A stretch of DNA of 64,000 nucleotides from a virus (IMGVR_UViG_3300044624_003554:11566-75565); one strand, 5' to 3'. Counted from the first letter of the stretch, positions 47,401 through 55,689 are shown. The notes: generated by a model not told the origin, from the sequence alone. Made by a program: numbers and translations.

Positions 47401-50400
47401 TTTTGCGCAAATTTCAATTGCTCTATTATTTCAAATAGATCTATTCCCTCTGGCATGTTCAATAAATTGCCAATAATATTATTTGTTAATTCTTTTGCAA
47501 TTGGTGAAAACTTTTTCGCACTATCCATTAATTTTTTTATAAATGGATCGTTTCTAGTTACTTCTCCATCACCATCAACATCTTCAGCCGCAAAATTTGG
47601 TACGTATCCTACCGCTGCAGTTTTGCCCACATTTGTACTTCCCATTGTGTCGTACATAGTATGCAAGCCACCTTTGCTGCCAGCAATTCTATTAAATTCT
47701 TCGACATTTAATTTTAAAACTTCTGCATATGGATCTCCACCTTTAAATAATTCTTTAGTTTTCTGTATCAAAAATTTTTGCATTACTTCGTTAACTTTGA
47801 AGTTGCCAGCATAAATATCGTAAAGTCTTATTGAGTCTGGTCCATATTTTTGCTTATAAGCTTTTAAGATATTATCCGCAGCTTTTTGGGCCATAGCTTC
47901 GGATAAACCAAATGCAAACATTTGTTCCTGTGGTTTTTTGCTAAGAGCTTGTGTGACAAACTCATCTACACCAGAACCGCCAACCACCTCACGCTCAAAG
48001 CCAGCAAGTTTAGTTTCGTCACCCGTTTGAGGATATGTTAACAATTTACCAATGTCAGTAAATGAAATTGCATTTTGCTTAAATAAGCTTGAATTTTGTT
48101 TTTCAAATTGTTTCAAAGCTTGATTTACGTTGTATTCTTGTGCAATTTTTTCAGCACCTGGTTTATAGAATATTTTTTGACCCAGTTCGTCTTTAGACTT
48201 TGGAATTAAGAATTTTCCACTTTGACCGCTACCAACTTCTGTAAAATTAGGATCTTCATAAAGCATTCCAACTCCCTTGCCCATCAGCTGCTTTGTGTCA
48301 GAAAAATTTGGAATAAAACCTTCTACCGCAGTTTTTGCAACATCATAAGTTTGAAGCGACTTTTCAAAATTAATATTCTCCCAATCAGAAACTCCAAAAT
48401 CTCTTAAAGTCTCTAAAATAGTTCTGAGATTTTGAAACTCAGCTTGGTTTGCAACAACCATTTTCTTTTTAATTTTATCGTAAGTAAAATTAGATTTTAT
48501 TTTTTTTGCAAGAAATGGATTTTTTTCAGATAATTTATTTAATTTGTTTTCAATTCCATATTCGCCTTTCCAGCCTGTAATGAATGCGGTGCTTGTTCTA
48601 CCATATTTATCTTCTTTGGTTTTTTCATAAGAACCATATGGATATTCACTTTTTTCAATTATTGAAAGAACGTCAGAAGCATTAAATTTAGTTTTATAGA
48701 ACGTAGAATCTTCTCCTTCAGATGGACGTTTTTTAGGATCTTTTAATACAATTCTATCCAATTTAGATTTACCAACTCTTTTGAGTTTATCTGGAGTTTC
48801 AAGAGGCATGACAAATCTCCTTTCCTCTTGAAGCTTGTCAACTTTTAATTTATCTGGAGCAAGTAAATTTCCGTATTGATCTATGTCAACACTTTTTCCT
48901 AAAGCTAAAAATTCTGCATCGTCTCGACCTATTGTAGTCATTATAGCAGATATTTTAGTTTTTAATCTTTTTGTTAGTTCGTCTATGACTACTGGTCTAA
49001 ATTGAGTAACTAGTTTTGATATTTTACTTTCTTCACTTGGAGCATTGATTGAACGAACTCCAGCGCTGGCTTTTGTTTGATATATTTGAGCCCAAACATC
49101 TTGCATGTTTCTATTTTTAGCAATAATGTCAAATATTTGACCTAATTTTTCATACTTTAATTCCCTTGCAAAACCACTAACCTCTCCAGTTACGACTTTA
49201 TTTTCATCTGTTTTAATTTCTGGCATTTCGCCAAAAGCAGTTTTGTTAGTTTTGCCAGTTTTATAATTTGCAAATGCTGACATTAACCTTCCATAATAAG
49301 CTTTATCAAGATTTCCATCGCTACCAACTAAATGATAATTTGGCCCTAAAATAGAAGCCGCCATATCATTTTTAATTTTATTAATGTCTAAATTTTCATT
49401 GTTTTTTGTTCCAGCTAAATCAGTTGTATATGTTTCGTCACCGCCAAGTCTATACTTTAACTGTTCAAGAGTAGCTGTTTTCACCCTATCACCAAAAGTC
49501 ATTAATGGTGCATTTTTTAGTTCTTTTATTGCAAAATTGGGAACGTAACCTTCGGATGCAATGAAGGCCGAATCACTAGGTAAAACTAAATTAATTGTCT
49601 TTAAATCAATTTCATCTTTTTTTGGTTTTTTCCCAACTCCATTATTTGCAATATTATTTTTAGGTTGGTTGCTTAACCAATTATTCACTCCCTTTCTTAA
49701 AACATCGAAAGCTGATTGTTTCGCTCTCGTTCTTACTTCTGTTTGATTTGGCAAATCAAAATAAGAATTTCCAGATGTTAAATTTTTCTTTAACGCTTTG
49801 GAGGCAGCTATTTCTCCGATAACTCCCTGAATTCTAAATTTTAAAGCTTTAAATTTATCACTATAATCTTTTTTGTTTTTAGGATCTACAGTTTGATACA
49901 GAGACTCAATTGCGGATAGCGAAGATCGATCAACGCCAGCTTTACTCCATTCAGTAAAATACTCATCTTTTATTTGGGAATTTTTATATCCATTCTTTTT
50001 ATTTCCAATTAATCTTTTTGCAATTCTGTCAGATTCAGATCTGAAAAAACCAATAGTCTGATCTTGTTTTTCTTCATTTTTTCCTAATCTTTTAACTTTG
50101 ATTCTTGCTTTAAATTCATCAAATGGGTCTGCATATTTTGCATTTTTTAAATTTTTAAAATCTCCAACTTGTTGTTTTTTAATTGTGGATTCTATTGCAA
50201 AATTTGGAATATAACCCTGAGAGGCAGTTTTTATTTTTTCCTGCGGATTTACTTTAACTTGAGCTAGAAGTTTAGCCTTTAAAGATTCTCCACCATTCTC
50301 AGAAAGCTGTTGTATGAATTTTGTACCAAGTTCGTCATTAAGAGCTTTTTCTGAGGATTTAATTTCGACATACTCCCAAAACTTTTTCGGCAATCCATAT

Positions 50401-52862
50401 TGTTCTGCAATGTCTGGCTTTAATCCATATATGTCAAATCTACTATTTGAATCATTAAAGAATTGACCAAAATTATCATCTTCTGCAGACATGTTTGCCA
50501 TTTTAAGCATTGTCTCGAAAAATGTTCCCGCCATGCTGTCGTTAACGAAATCGAATTTTCTTCCACTTTTCATCAAATACTGCATTGTTGCAGTCGGCTT
50601 TATGCCCAAAGAACTCAATTCATCTTTTATGAAAGTTCCAATTTGAGGACTTAATGCGTCATTTGCTTTTTTGATAAAGTGATTTTTAATGTCTTGTTCA
50701 CTTGCCTCAAGTGAGTCTAAATTTTCATCGCGCCTTCTATAAATATTTCCAACATCTACGTTTGAGAAATTAAGTTTGCTATAATTTGATAATGCGTTTG
50801 ATAAAGCTGGATCTTTTATTTGAGAAAGAATTTGCGGCGTTATTTCTTTCGACCTGACAGCCTTCCTTCCAGTTCCACCTATCGTTAACCCAGCAAACGA
50901 ATAAGAACCTCCATCAATAGTTAAACTCTTTAATAGATTTTCTTTTTGCTTTTCTTTTTCTTTTTCCTCTGCAAAATTTGGAACATATCCAAGGGCCGAA
51001 AATAAAGTTGGTTTTCCAGTTCTTGTTTTTGAATAAGAAGGCACAACGAAATCACCCATCGGAGTTTTGTATACAGACTCCATTGAGTTAACTATCATTG
51101 TTCCCCTGCCTTCTGTTGGGCCAAAATTAAAATTTGAAATTTCTTTTATTGAAGCTCCCGCTGGGGCTTCTTGCATTTCCATTTTTCTAGCAACATCTTT
51201 AGGCATATATCCACCAGCAGCAGTTTTTGCTTTGACATTTTTCGTTCCTTCTTCAGTTAATCTAATTCCACCTTCATAAACTGATGGTCCAATGTCTTTA
51301 CTTAATTTAGACATTTTTTCCAAGGTCGCGGCTTGTTTTGAATACAAACTTAAAAGATATTCAGCCTGTGCGGTTTTATTGCCTTCTAAAGAAACAATTT
51401 TACTTTGAACCGCTGTATTTTGAAGCAATAAACCCAGTATAGATTTTTCTATATCTTGTTGTTCTTTTTTAACATTAGTTACGCCGAGTTGATTCTTTAA
51501 ACTGTCAACTCCAAATTTAGCAAGATCGCCAAAAAGCTTAATACCAAGACCAGCAATTAAAAGAGCACCTGGACCTGTGATAACTGCACCTATTCCCTTA
51601 ACAATTGCCTTTCCAATTGTTGCGCCACCTTCTTCTCCACCAGAAATACTTTCATTTAAAGATTCGAGAAAAGAAGAGGTCTTATTTAAAATAGATCTAA
51701 AATCATCTGAAAAAGCAACCTTGCCAATCGTTGCGGCAAATTGAGTTCCAGAGGTCGTTAATCTATCAAACGAAGCCTGAACTGTTTTATTTAATTCATC
51801 TAGCTTTTTAAAACCTTGATTGCCTGCGTTTGTCGATTGTTCTAAACTTCTATTAAATGTGCCATTAGCGTTTGATATATCATTAAGAAGTGCAGCTAAT
51901 TTATCAATTTGAAAACCGCCACCGATTTTTATTAAAAGACCTTTTCTTGTTGCAGAATCTAAGTTTTGAAATTCGTCTGCAAGTTTTTTAATGATTGTTG
52001 TAGCTGGAAGAATGTCGCCACTAGCATCATTTACTGCAATACCTAAATTTCTAATATAATCAAGATTTTCAGTAGTCTGAACTCTTTGGAAAATTGTTTT
52101 TAAAGCGTTACCGATAACAGCTCCACCACGTGCAGTTTTTTCTTGCAATGTGGTAATTAAAGCTGTTAATTCATCAAATGAAACTCCAGCTTCTTGAGCT
52201 ACGGAAGCTGAACGGGAAATACCCTCAATTAAATCTCTTGAACTAACTGCAAATTTAGTATCAACTGCAGCTAATTTATTTACGACAGTTTCGTAATCTA
52301 AGCCAACTTGATTAAATGACAAAACAGCAGCAGTAAGACCCTTTACCGCCTCTGCCGCATCTAAACCAGTTGTTCTAGTTAATACTAATGCTGCCTTTGC
52401 TTTCATCAAGGAATCTTCTAGAGTTCCGCCTTGACGAGCAAATTCCAACGTAGCCTCAGACGCTTGCTTGAAGGATAGTCCAGTTGATCTCGCGACTTCA
52501 AATATTCCCTTACCAAGTCTTTCTAGATTTCCACTAGTTTCTCCAGTAGCTACTTGAATTTCTTTGAGAGAAGCTTCTACTTGAGTACTGGCAGTAATTA
52601 TGTTTTGAAAACTTTTTGCTACAGCATTTAATACTCCAACGGATGCGCCGAACGCGAGTACGCGAGCATTCGCAGCCTCCATTGATTTGGAAAATTCATC
52701 AGCTTGTCCAGTAATTCTGCCAAGCGGAGCACTTATCTTTTCAAGACCTTTTGAATCAATAGTTGGACGAATTACGACAGTAGCTTTACGCGCAGCGTTA
52801 GCTATCTGCGATTCCATTTGCGTTGTGTCCGCTCCTACTGATAAACGAATATCTTCTGCCAT
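41427..52862 (-). CDS. Giant tape measure protein (3811 aa) with an internal cassette array
   Basis: N-terminal TP901-type tape measure domain (LEFARQG...VVNKLAAVD...GGAVIGNALKTIF), coiled-coil regions, seven GxxPNF(A/S) motifs, two FAxGG..DxVPAMLxGGE modules. Confidence 0.9.
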   Translation of the reverse strand: MAEDIRLSVGADTTQMESQIANAARKATVVIRPTIDSKGLEKISAPLGRITGQADEFSKSMEAANARVLAFGASVGVLNAVAKSFQNIITASTQVEASLKEIQVATGETSGNLERLGKGIFEVARSTGLSFKQASEATLEFARQGGTLEDSLMKAKAALVLTRTTGLDAAEAVKGLTAAVLSFNQVGLDYETVVNKLAAVDTKFAVSSRDLIEGISRSASVAQEAGVSFDELTALITTLQEKTARGGAVIGNALKTIFQRVQTTENLDYIRNLGIAVNDASGDILPATTIIKKLADEFQNLDSATRKGLLIKIGGGFQIDKLAALLNDISNANGTFNRSLEQSTNAGNQGFKKLDELNKTVQASFDRLTTSGTQFAATIGKVAFSDDFRSILNKTSSFLESLNESISGGEEGGATIGKAIVKGIGAVITGPGALLIAGLGIKLFGDLAKFGVDSLKNQLGVTNVKKEQQDIEKSILGLLLQNTAVQSKIVSLEGNKTAQAEYLLSLYSKQAATLEKMSKLSKDIGPSVYEGGIRLTEEGTKNVKAKTAAGGYMPKDVARKMEMQEAPAGASIKEISNFNFGPTEGRGTMIVNSMESVYKTPMGDFVVPSYSKTRTGKPTLFSALGYVPNFAEEKEKEKQKENLLKSLTIDGGSYSFAGLTIGGTGRKAVRSKEITPQILSQIKDPALSNALSNYSKLNFSNVDVGNIYRRRDENLDSLEASEQDIKNHFIKKANDALSPQIGTFIKDELSSLGIKPTATMQYLMKSGRKFDFVNDSMAGTFFETMLKMANMSAEDDNFGQFFNDSNSRFDIYGLKPDIAEQYGLPKKFWEYVEIKSSEKALNDELGTKFIQQLSENGGESLKAKLLAQVKVNPQEKIKTASQGYIPNFAIESTIKKQQVGDFKNLKNAKYADPFDEFKARIKVKRLGKNEEKQDQTIGFFRSESDRIAKRLIGNKKNGYKNSQIKDEYFTEWSKAGVDRSSLSAIESLYQTVDPKNKKDYSDKFKALKFRIQGVIGEIAASKALKKNLTSGNSYFDLPNQTEVRTRAKQSAFDVLRKGVNNWLSNQPKNNIANNGVGKKPKKDEIDLKTINLVLPSDSAFIASEGYVPNFAIKELKNAPLMTFGDRVKTATLEQLKYRLGGDETYTTDLAGTKNNENLDINKIKNDMAASILGPNYHLVGSDGNLDKAYYGRLMSAFANYKTGKTNKTAFGEMPEIKTDENKVVTGEVSGFARELKYEKLGQIFDIIAKNRNMQDVWAQIYQTKASAGVRSINAPSEESKISKLVTQFRPVVIDELTKRLKTKISAIMTTIGRDDAEFLALGKSVDIDQYGNLLAPDKLKVDKLQEERRFVMPLETPDKLKRVGKSKLDRIVLKDPKKRPSEGEDSTFYKTKFNASDVLSIIEKSEYPYGSYEKTKEDKYGRTSTAFITGWKGEYGIENKLNKLSEKNPFLAKKIKSNFTYDKIKKKMVVANQAEFQNLRTILETLRDFGVSDWENINFEKSLQTYDVAKTAVEGFIPNFSDTKQLMGKGVGMLYEDPNFTEVGSGQSGKFLIPKSKDELGQKIFYKPGAEKIAQEYNVNQALKQFEKQNSSLFKQNAISFTDIGKLLTYPQTGDETKLAGFEREVVGGSGVDEFVTQALSKKPQEQMFAFGLSEAMAQKAADNILKAYKQKYGPDSIRLYDIYAGNFKVNEVMQKFLIQKTKELFKGGDPYAEVLKLNVEEFNRIAGSKGGLHTMYDTMGSTNVGKTAAVGYVPNFAAEDVDGDGEVTRNDPFIKKLMDSAKKFSPIAKELTNNIIGNLLNMPEGIDLFEIIEQLKFAQKAQEPEAELNRIKTEAELKRKFPKKMKRREDFLKYGYKGPPPEDAPERTAAKGYIPNFSKQAILNAIDREQKESGLPLSAIKVVQDARVRGPQNPDGYAVINNRDEPDGRVPNFSAPSGMNGDLFNAIKEALENLKYSSTDLDTAFKKIAENLGVSGEAVYQVFDKITSSGNEVTNTNQKESKASTQNTVQEGKDAQNRKTTNEKQTKTVQDSLYTLIKWQSAISLVSGAISSLGESGKVAAEVLSELSSVVLLFTQGKEVLEGFTKDRSSGVGKALRLGGAGREGAPSLGSSLSIAGNFSRVAGTAGVGVSGAIGGIAAGLAGPAAAIYATYKILDIGNSVYKKYGETVDRTADALGRLNDIQKTYTLNLTEEQKAKSESFVKKVGTFEAATAFDRTFNFQNINPLDKTKKTKNALESLGLEGSVNTGILSGLTQMVQPDAEREFTTERKKGNKKITQTEIIDKMVAEKINEIADKSMIKFGSFAEMQAFQKRSDVPTNSRLNLQLEEVDKSKTFKDFKEKINSKVKANELTIDEANKEIKEFVAKQVSSGRIDFDKFFGNLQKSFQDNAKKVGVENLVKTFIAESFLIPAETLKAQINVFGELQKVILSYASAEENNLALKKELLTVNAQEKANLEAELRLKQEERQTNEQLGSAAFDFVKNIQNTAITRLGTSLPENYATTRTAAMEKFAQNVYNPQTTDEQRIKFAQDEVKAIKSSVNGSKELSAEKKQYLSYLEQEVRQLEFSQKLTRSQQAARRDAILIENQRLAIATKDNFIETTIRESLTARLSINQKLLDQDRQRLDIVRKISDIQYETRTLATPNQDPSVKERLDLERSLATSGPRQMEDYQIQRQSALLADRLNALNIAFQRGANASDVQKITEAQDYQSLEQALQTVLDKEAQSINDRVIKAGDAFFIKAQEAGKAVGEEIFKILNSVSESDIQAQINIAKGFESSNDYFNQIERSGAVTPAARIAAGRVFKEELPTSARTESGLPARAAAAPNLMIGQTFVQDPKALINAQTEQTIKQLIFAQEKRALDRKLELTAAEITNAQKAIDLRKEERDWQQKLRDSAFEFYQTQLSPYQAEKSAAYRNIGEERTRGLQENTDRMQERSLQSRQAGIKTLQSRGASLSEINSFLTGEKTGPEILKSIEDRNIDKMYGLEKDPFAEQVVEAAKEFRQIILGAGASFVTGKKIAQNESKPEGLDLKTLGFGSKTTEEGKAFPSPIDKVQSNSRNEELKFSLKKAELEKYREDFNALSPQAEIIKNQTGPISADQEAILKYTEELPIKIEELTLALKEKAQQEKDKFSQKNASLVFNQDQPLPFVDRAQNINQLALNKTRTVNERFAQEEQFGKGFRSGLRDIDDEITKFQGKLGKQIPTDFRNGLVDAMRVLSDPSSTASLGERLMGVASAFVNKINEALMTNAANRITSGIFGNGQAGTGLAGALGFASGGEIEGGSGVKDDVPAMLMGGEYVIRKDVVNKYGKDFFEKLNSGKLKGFAAGGPVMPYGMQETDLNDLIRNPNKYTTYGENRMAGLSFDQSGKVTGIENYQGKEEDKQDALLKAQTNFYNQNQQTGQNGFFMPGSYGQGAIIGQKNLLSFATQETVGTQYDKISSSGNSASIDIAGGSGNLSLFALRDQGNVRNTQYLESKNKALDLYFQDYQTSKDKIRMDFENEKEYKRQMEEWEKAKKEAKKQAQRALVTQLATTAIMAGVSYAGSAMSKGVSATKQAAALQGRTATFGEKFTGAFTGGSFGGESRGGLANIFNSSATKDFSTIGAGALGQQGGGLYSWNNKTNSYSRMSMDTYNAQFPLGASYDKLGTPTALNSGTYFDSFYGRNRSVYNGRTAPMAIPVVRRAAGGYVAGNGMGDNVPAMLNGGEFVVSKQAAQKTGYGNLQKLNSTGEISGNTGEMASRIEAKLEELVEKIAGVGTINISVNSDGKGEKTENQNSDSRQDQQNKELARRIKEVVLTVLKDERRLGGMLR

Positions 52863-52882
52863 TCCTTAATCCTTTATAATAC

Positions 52883-52888
52883 TTACAC
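52883..52888 (-). promoter_or_regulatory. GTGTAA motif
   Basis: 20 nt before the tape measure ATG, just downstream of the tube-gene terminator. Confidence 0.5.
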
Positions 52889-52894
52889 AACAAT

Positions 52895-52927
52895 AAAAAA
52901 ACCCGCCCTTTGCAGAGCGGGTTTTTT
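52895..52927 (-). terminator. Rho-independent terminator after the tail tube genes
   Basis: Minus strand: aaaaaacccgctc-tgcaaa-gggcgggttttttt. Confidence 0.88.
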
Positions 52928-52953
52928 ATTAATAATTGCTATTAATTATTATT

Positions 52954-54129
52954 TTAGTAACCCCATTGACCATCCAATGTATCTGTATATGATCCAGATA
53001 AGTAGATACCATTATTCGTATCTGTTGGGCCACCGACTTGAGTTTGGAAAACAAGATCAACAGTTTTATTTGCTCCGATACTTGATGAGAATGACTCACT
53101 TTGTAATTGAGAACCTTTGAACTTGAAGATGAGTGCTTTTTCTGTTGAGCCAGGCTTGCCAATTGTTAAAGTAATTTCCCTCTTTGAGTTGTCGTCCAAC
53201 ATTTGAGCGACACTCTTGGTTTGAACTTCATTCAATACAGCGCTAACATTCAATGTTGCAACAATTGGGAAATCTACCACCCTAGCAAATGCAAATCTCG
53301 AACCCAATCTTTCAATTGGTGTACGGCTTAATGGGAGAGTGATTGATGCTGTTTGAATATTAATTCCATTAGTTCCTTCAAGAACGGCTATTGGAGCGCC
53401 AGTTGCATTTGCTCCAGTATAGTCACCAAAACTTAATGTGATATCACCTGGACGTAAAGCGGAAACGTATTGAGTTCCTGTTGCCTCAACTGGGCTTGGA
53501 ATTCTTCCAGTAATAGATAATTCTGATCCAGCCACTGGATCAATTGTTGGAGAAAGTACAAAATTTCCAGTAGCCGCGCCACCGTTTGAACCAGTCTTGC
53601 CAAGAATTGCTGAAGATTTGATATTAAGACCTTCGATAGTTACGGAGGCGGTTGGAAGATTTCCAACACTAGCATTAAATGTATAATTACTTAAATAACC
53701 ATTTCCGATAGCAATAGTATTTTTCCCAGAGAGTGCATAATCTCCAGTAAGAGTATTTAGATCAGAACCCTCTTCCGCAGTGATAATGTAAAAATTTTGG
53801 CCGCTTGATCCAGCCATTTGACCAGAAGCAAAGTTAGCTTCTGTAGTATCTCCTTTGACTGTGTTCTGAACGTAAAAACCCAATGCTTTTTCATTATATC
53901 CATCAGTAGGATAATATGTAAAATCTAAAGTTACAGTTGGACTTTTAAGAACCAAAGAGTCAATACGAGCCAATTGACCAAATTGGTTAACGTCTTGACG
54001 TTCAATACTAAAATTGTAATTAGCACTTTGAACTCTTCTTAATTGAGCGTGATCACCACTTGCAGTAGAGTTGATATTCTTACTGACATAAAGGGCTTCA
54101 CTTTGATAAATTACGCGATTACGTGCCAT
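52954..54129 (-). CDS. Major tail tube protein A (391 aa)
   Basis: Upstream of the tape measure and followed by a strong terminator; beta-rich with two internally homologous halves. Confidence 0.7.
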   Translation of the reverse strand: MARNRVIYQSEALYVSKNINSTASGDHAQLRRVQSANYNFSIERQDVNQFGQLARIDSLVLKSPTVTLDFTYYPTDGYNEKALGFYVQNTVKGDTTEANFASGQMAGSSGQNFYIITAEEGSDLNTLTGDYALSGKNTIAIGNGYLSNYTFNASVGNLPTASVTIEGLNIKSSAILGKTGSNGGAATGNFVLSPTIDPVAGSELSITGRIPSPVEATGTQYVSALRPGDITLSFGDYTGANATGAPIAVLEGTNGINIQTASITLPLSRTPIERLGSRFAFARVVDFPIVATLNVSAVLNEVQTKSVAQMLDDNSKREITLTIGKPGSTEKALIFKFKGSQLQSESFSSSIGANKTVDLVFQTQVGGPTDTNNGIYLSGSYTDTLDGQWGY

Positions 54130-54192
54130 ATGATTAAAAAATTATTTGTTAGATTTTACAGTAGTCATGTTCTGTTGTGAAAATTTAAAAAC

Positions 54193-55689
54193 TTAAATTA
54201 GAGTAGCTCCATCAAAAAATGAAATATTTCCATAAACAACACCACTAAAAGTACCAGAAACAAAACATATTCCATATGGATCTGTTACAGCGGTAGTATT
54301 AATTGAAGCTGGTTGCACCCAAAGTGGATTACTTAAATTCACTAAAGCTCCAGTAGATCCAAGCATTATTGCATTTGTGTCGCCAGACGGCAATGAAGTT
54401 GCCTGAGTAGTTAACGAAGAATTTGAAAACCAATTATTTGATAATGAATACCACTGGTTATTTATACCTGCGAAATATCGACCGATTACATTTTGATTAG
54501 CGACTCCTGTTCCTGCGTAACCCCATTGACCAGCTAAAATATCAACATAAGATCCAGATAAATAAATTCCATTATTTGTGTCAGTTGGCCCTCCAATTTG
54601 AGTCTGAAAAGTAAGATCAACAGTTTTATTTGATCCTATGCTTGATGAAAATGATTCGCTTTGCAATTGAGAACCTTTGAATTTAAAAATTAAAGCGTTT
54701 TCTGTAGATCCAGCTTTTTTTACCCTTAGTGATATTTCTCTTTTTGAGTTATCGTCTAACATTTTAGATAAACTTTTTGCTTGAACTTCATTTAAAATTG
54801 CATTAACGTTTAATGTGGCAACAATTGGAAAATCTACTGCTCTTGCAAATGCAAATCTCGAACCTAATCTTTCAATTGGAGTACGACTTAATGGTATAGA
54901 AATTGAAGCGCTTTGAATATTAATACCGTTTGATCCTTCAAGAATGGAAACTGGAGAACCTGTTGAATCAATTCCAGTGTACGAACCAAAACTAATTGAG
55001 ATATCTCCTGGACGTAGTGCGGAAGTATAACCCACTCCAGTTGCTTCTAGCGGACTGGGAAGCATTCCAGTTATAAACAACTCTGATCCAGCTACTGGAT
55101 TAATGGTAGGCGAAAGAACAAAATTTCCAGTAATTTCATCAGCCCCAATTCCAGATTTAGCAAAAATTGTTGAAGATTTAATATTTAATCCCTCAACTGA
55201 TACTGAAACAGTAGGAAGATTACCAACACTTGCATTGAATGTATAATTGCTCAAATAAGCATTTCCAATAGCAATAGTTGACTTTCCAGAAAGCGCATAA
55301 GATCCAGTAAGAGTATTCAAGTCTGAACCTTCTTCCGCAGTCACAATGTAAAAATTTTGTCCACTCGAATTTCCCATCTGACCAGAGACAAAATTAGCTT
55401 CAAGATTATCGCCTAAAGCATCATTTCTAACATAAAAACCTAAAGCCTTTTCATTATATCCGTCGGTTGGATAATAACTAAAATCTAATGATACTGTCGG
55501 ACTTTTCAATACCAATGCGTCAATTCTAGCTAATTGGCCTACTTGATTAACATCTTGCCTCTCAATATTAAATGAATAATTTGCATTTTGCACCCTTCTT
55601 AATTGAGCATGCTCTCCAGTTTCAGTAGAGTTTATATGTTTACTGATATAAAGAGCTTCGCTTTGATAAATTACTCTGTTTCTTGCCAT
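54193..55689 (-). CDS. Tail tube protein B (498 aa), paralogue of A with a C-terminal extension
   Basis: 50 of the first 60 residues identical to A; an extra ~107 aa follow GQWGY. Confidence 0.7.
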   Translation of the reverse strand: MARNRVIYQSEALYISKHINSTETGEHAQLRRVQNANYSFNIERQDVNQVGQLARIDALVLKSPTVSLDFSYYPTDGYNEKALGFYVRNDALGDNLEANFVSGQMGNSSGQNFYIVTAEEGSDLNTLTGSYALSGKSTIAIGNAYLSNYTFNASVGNLPTVSVSVEGLNIKSSTIFAKSGIGADEITGNFVLSPTINPVAGSELFITGMLPSPLEATGVGYTSALRPGDISISFGSYTGIDSTGSPVSILEGSNGINIQSASISIPLSRTPIERLGSRFAFARAVDFPIVATLNVNAILNEVQAKSLSKMLDDNSKREISLRVKKAGSTENALIFKFKGSQLQSESFSSSIGSNKTVDLTFQTQIGGPTDTNNGIYLSGSYVDILAGQWGYAGTGVANQNVIGRYFAGINNQWYSLSNNWFSNSSLTTQATSLPSGDTNAIMLGSTGALVNLSNPLWVQPASINTTAVTDPYGICFVSGTFSGVVYGNISFFDGATLI

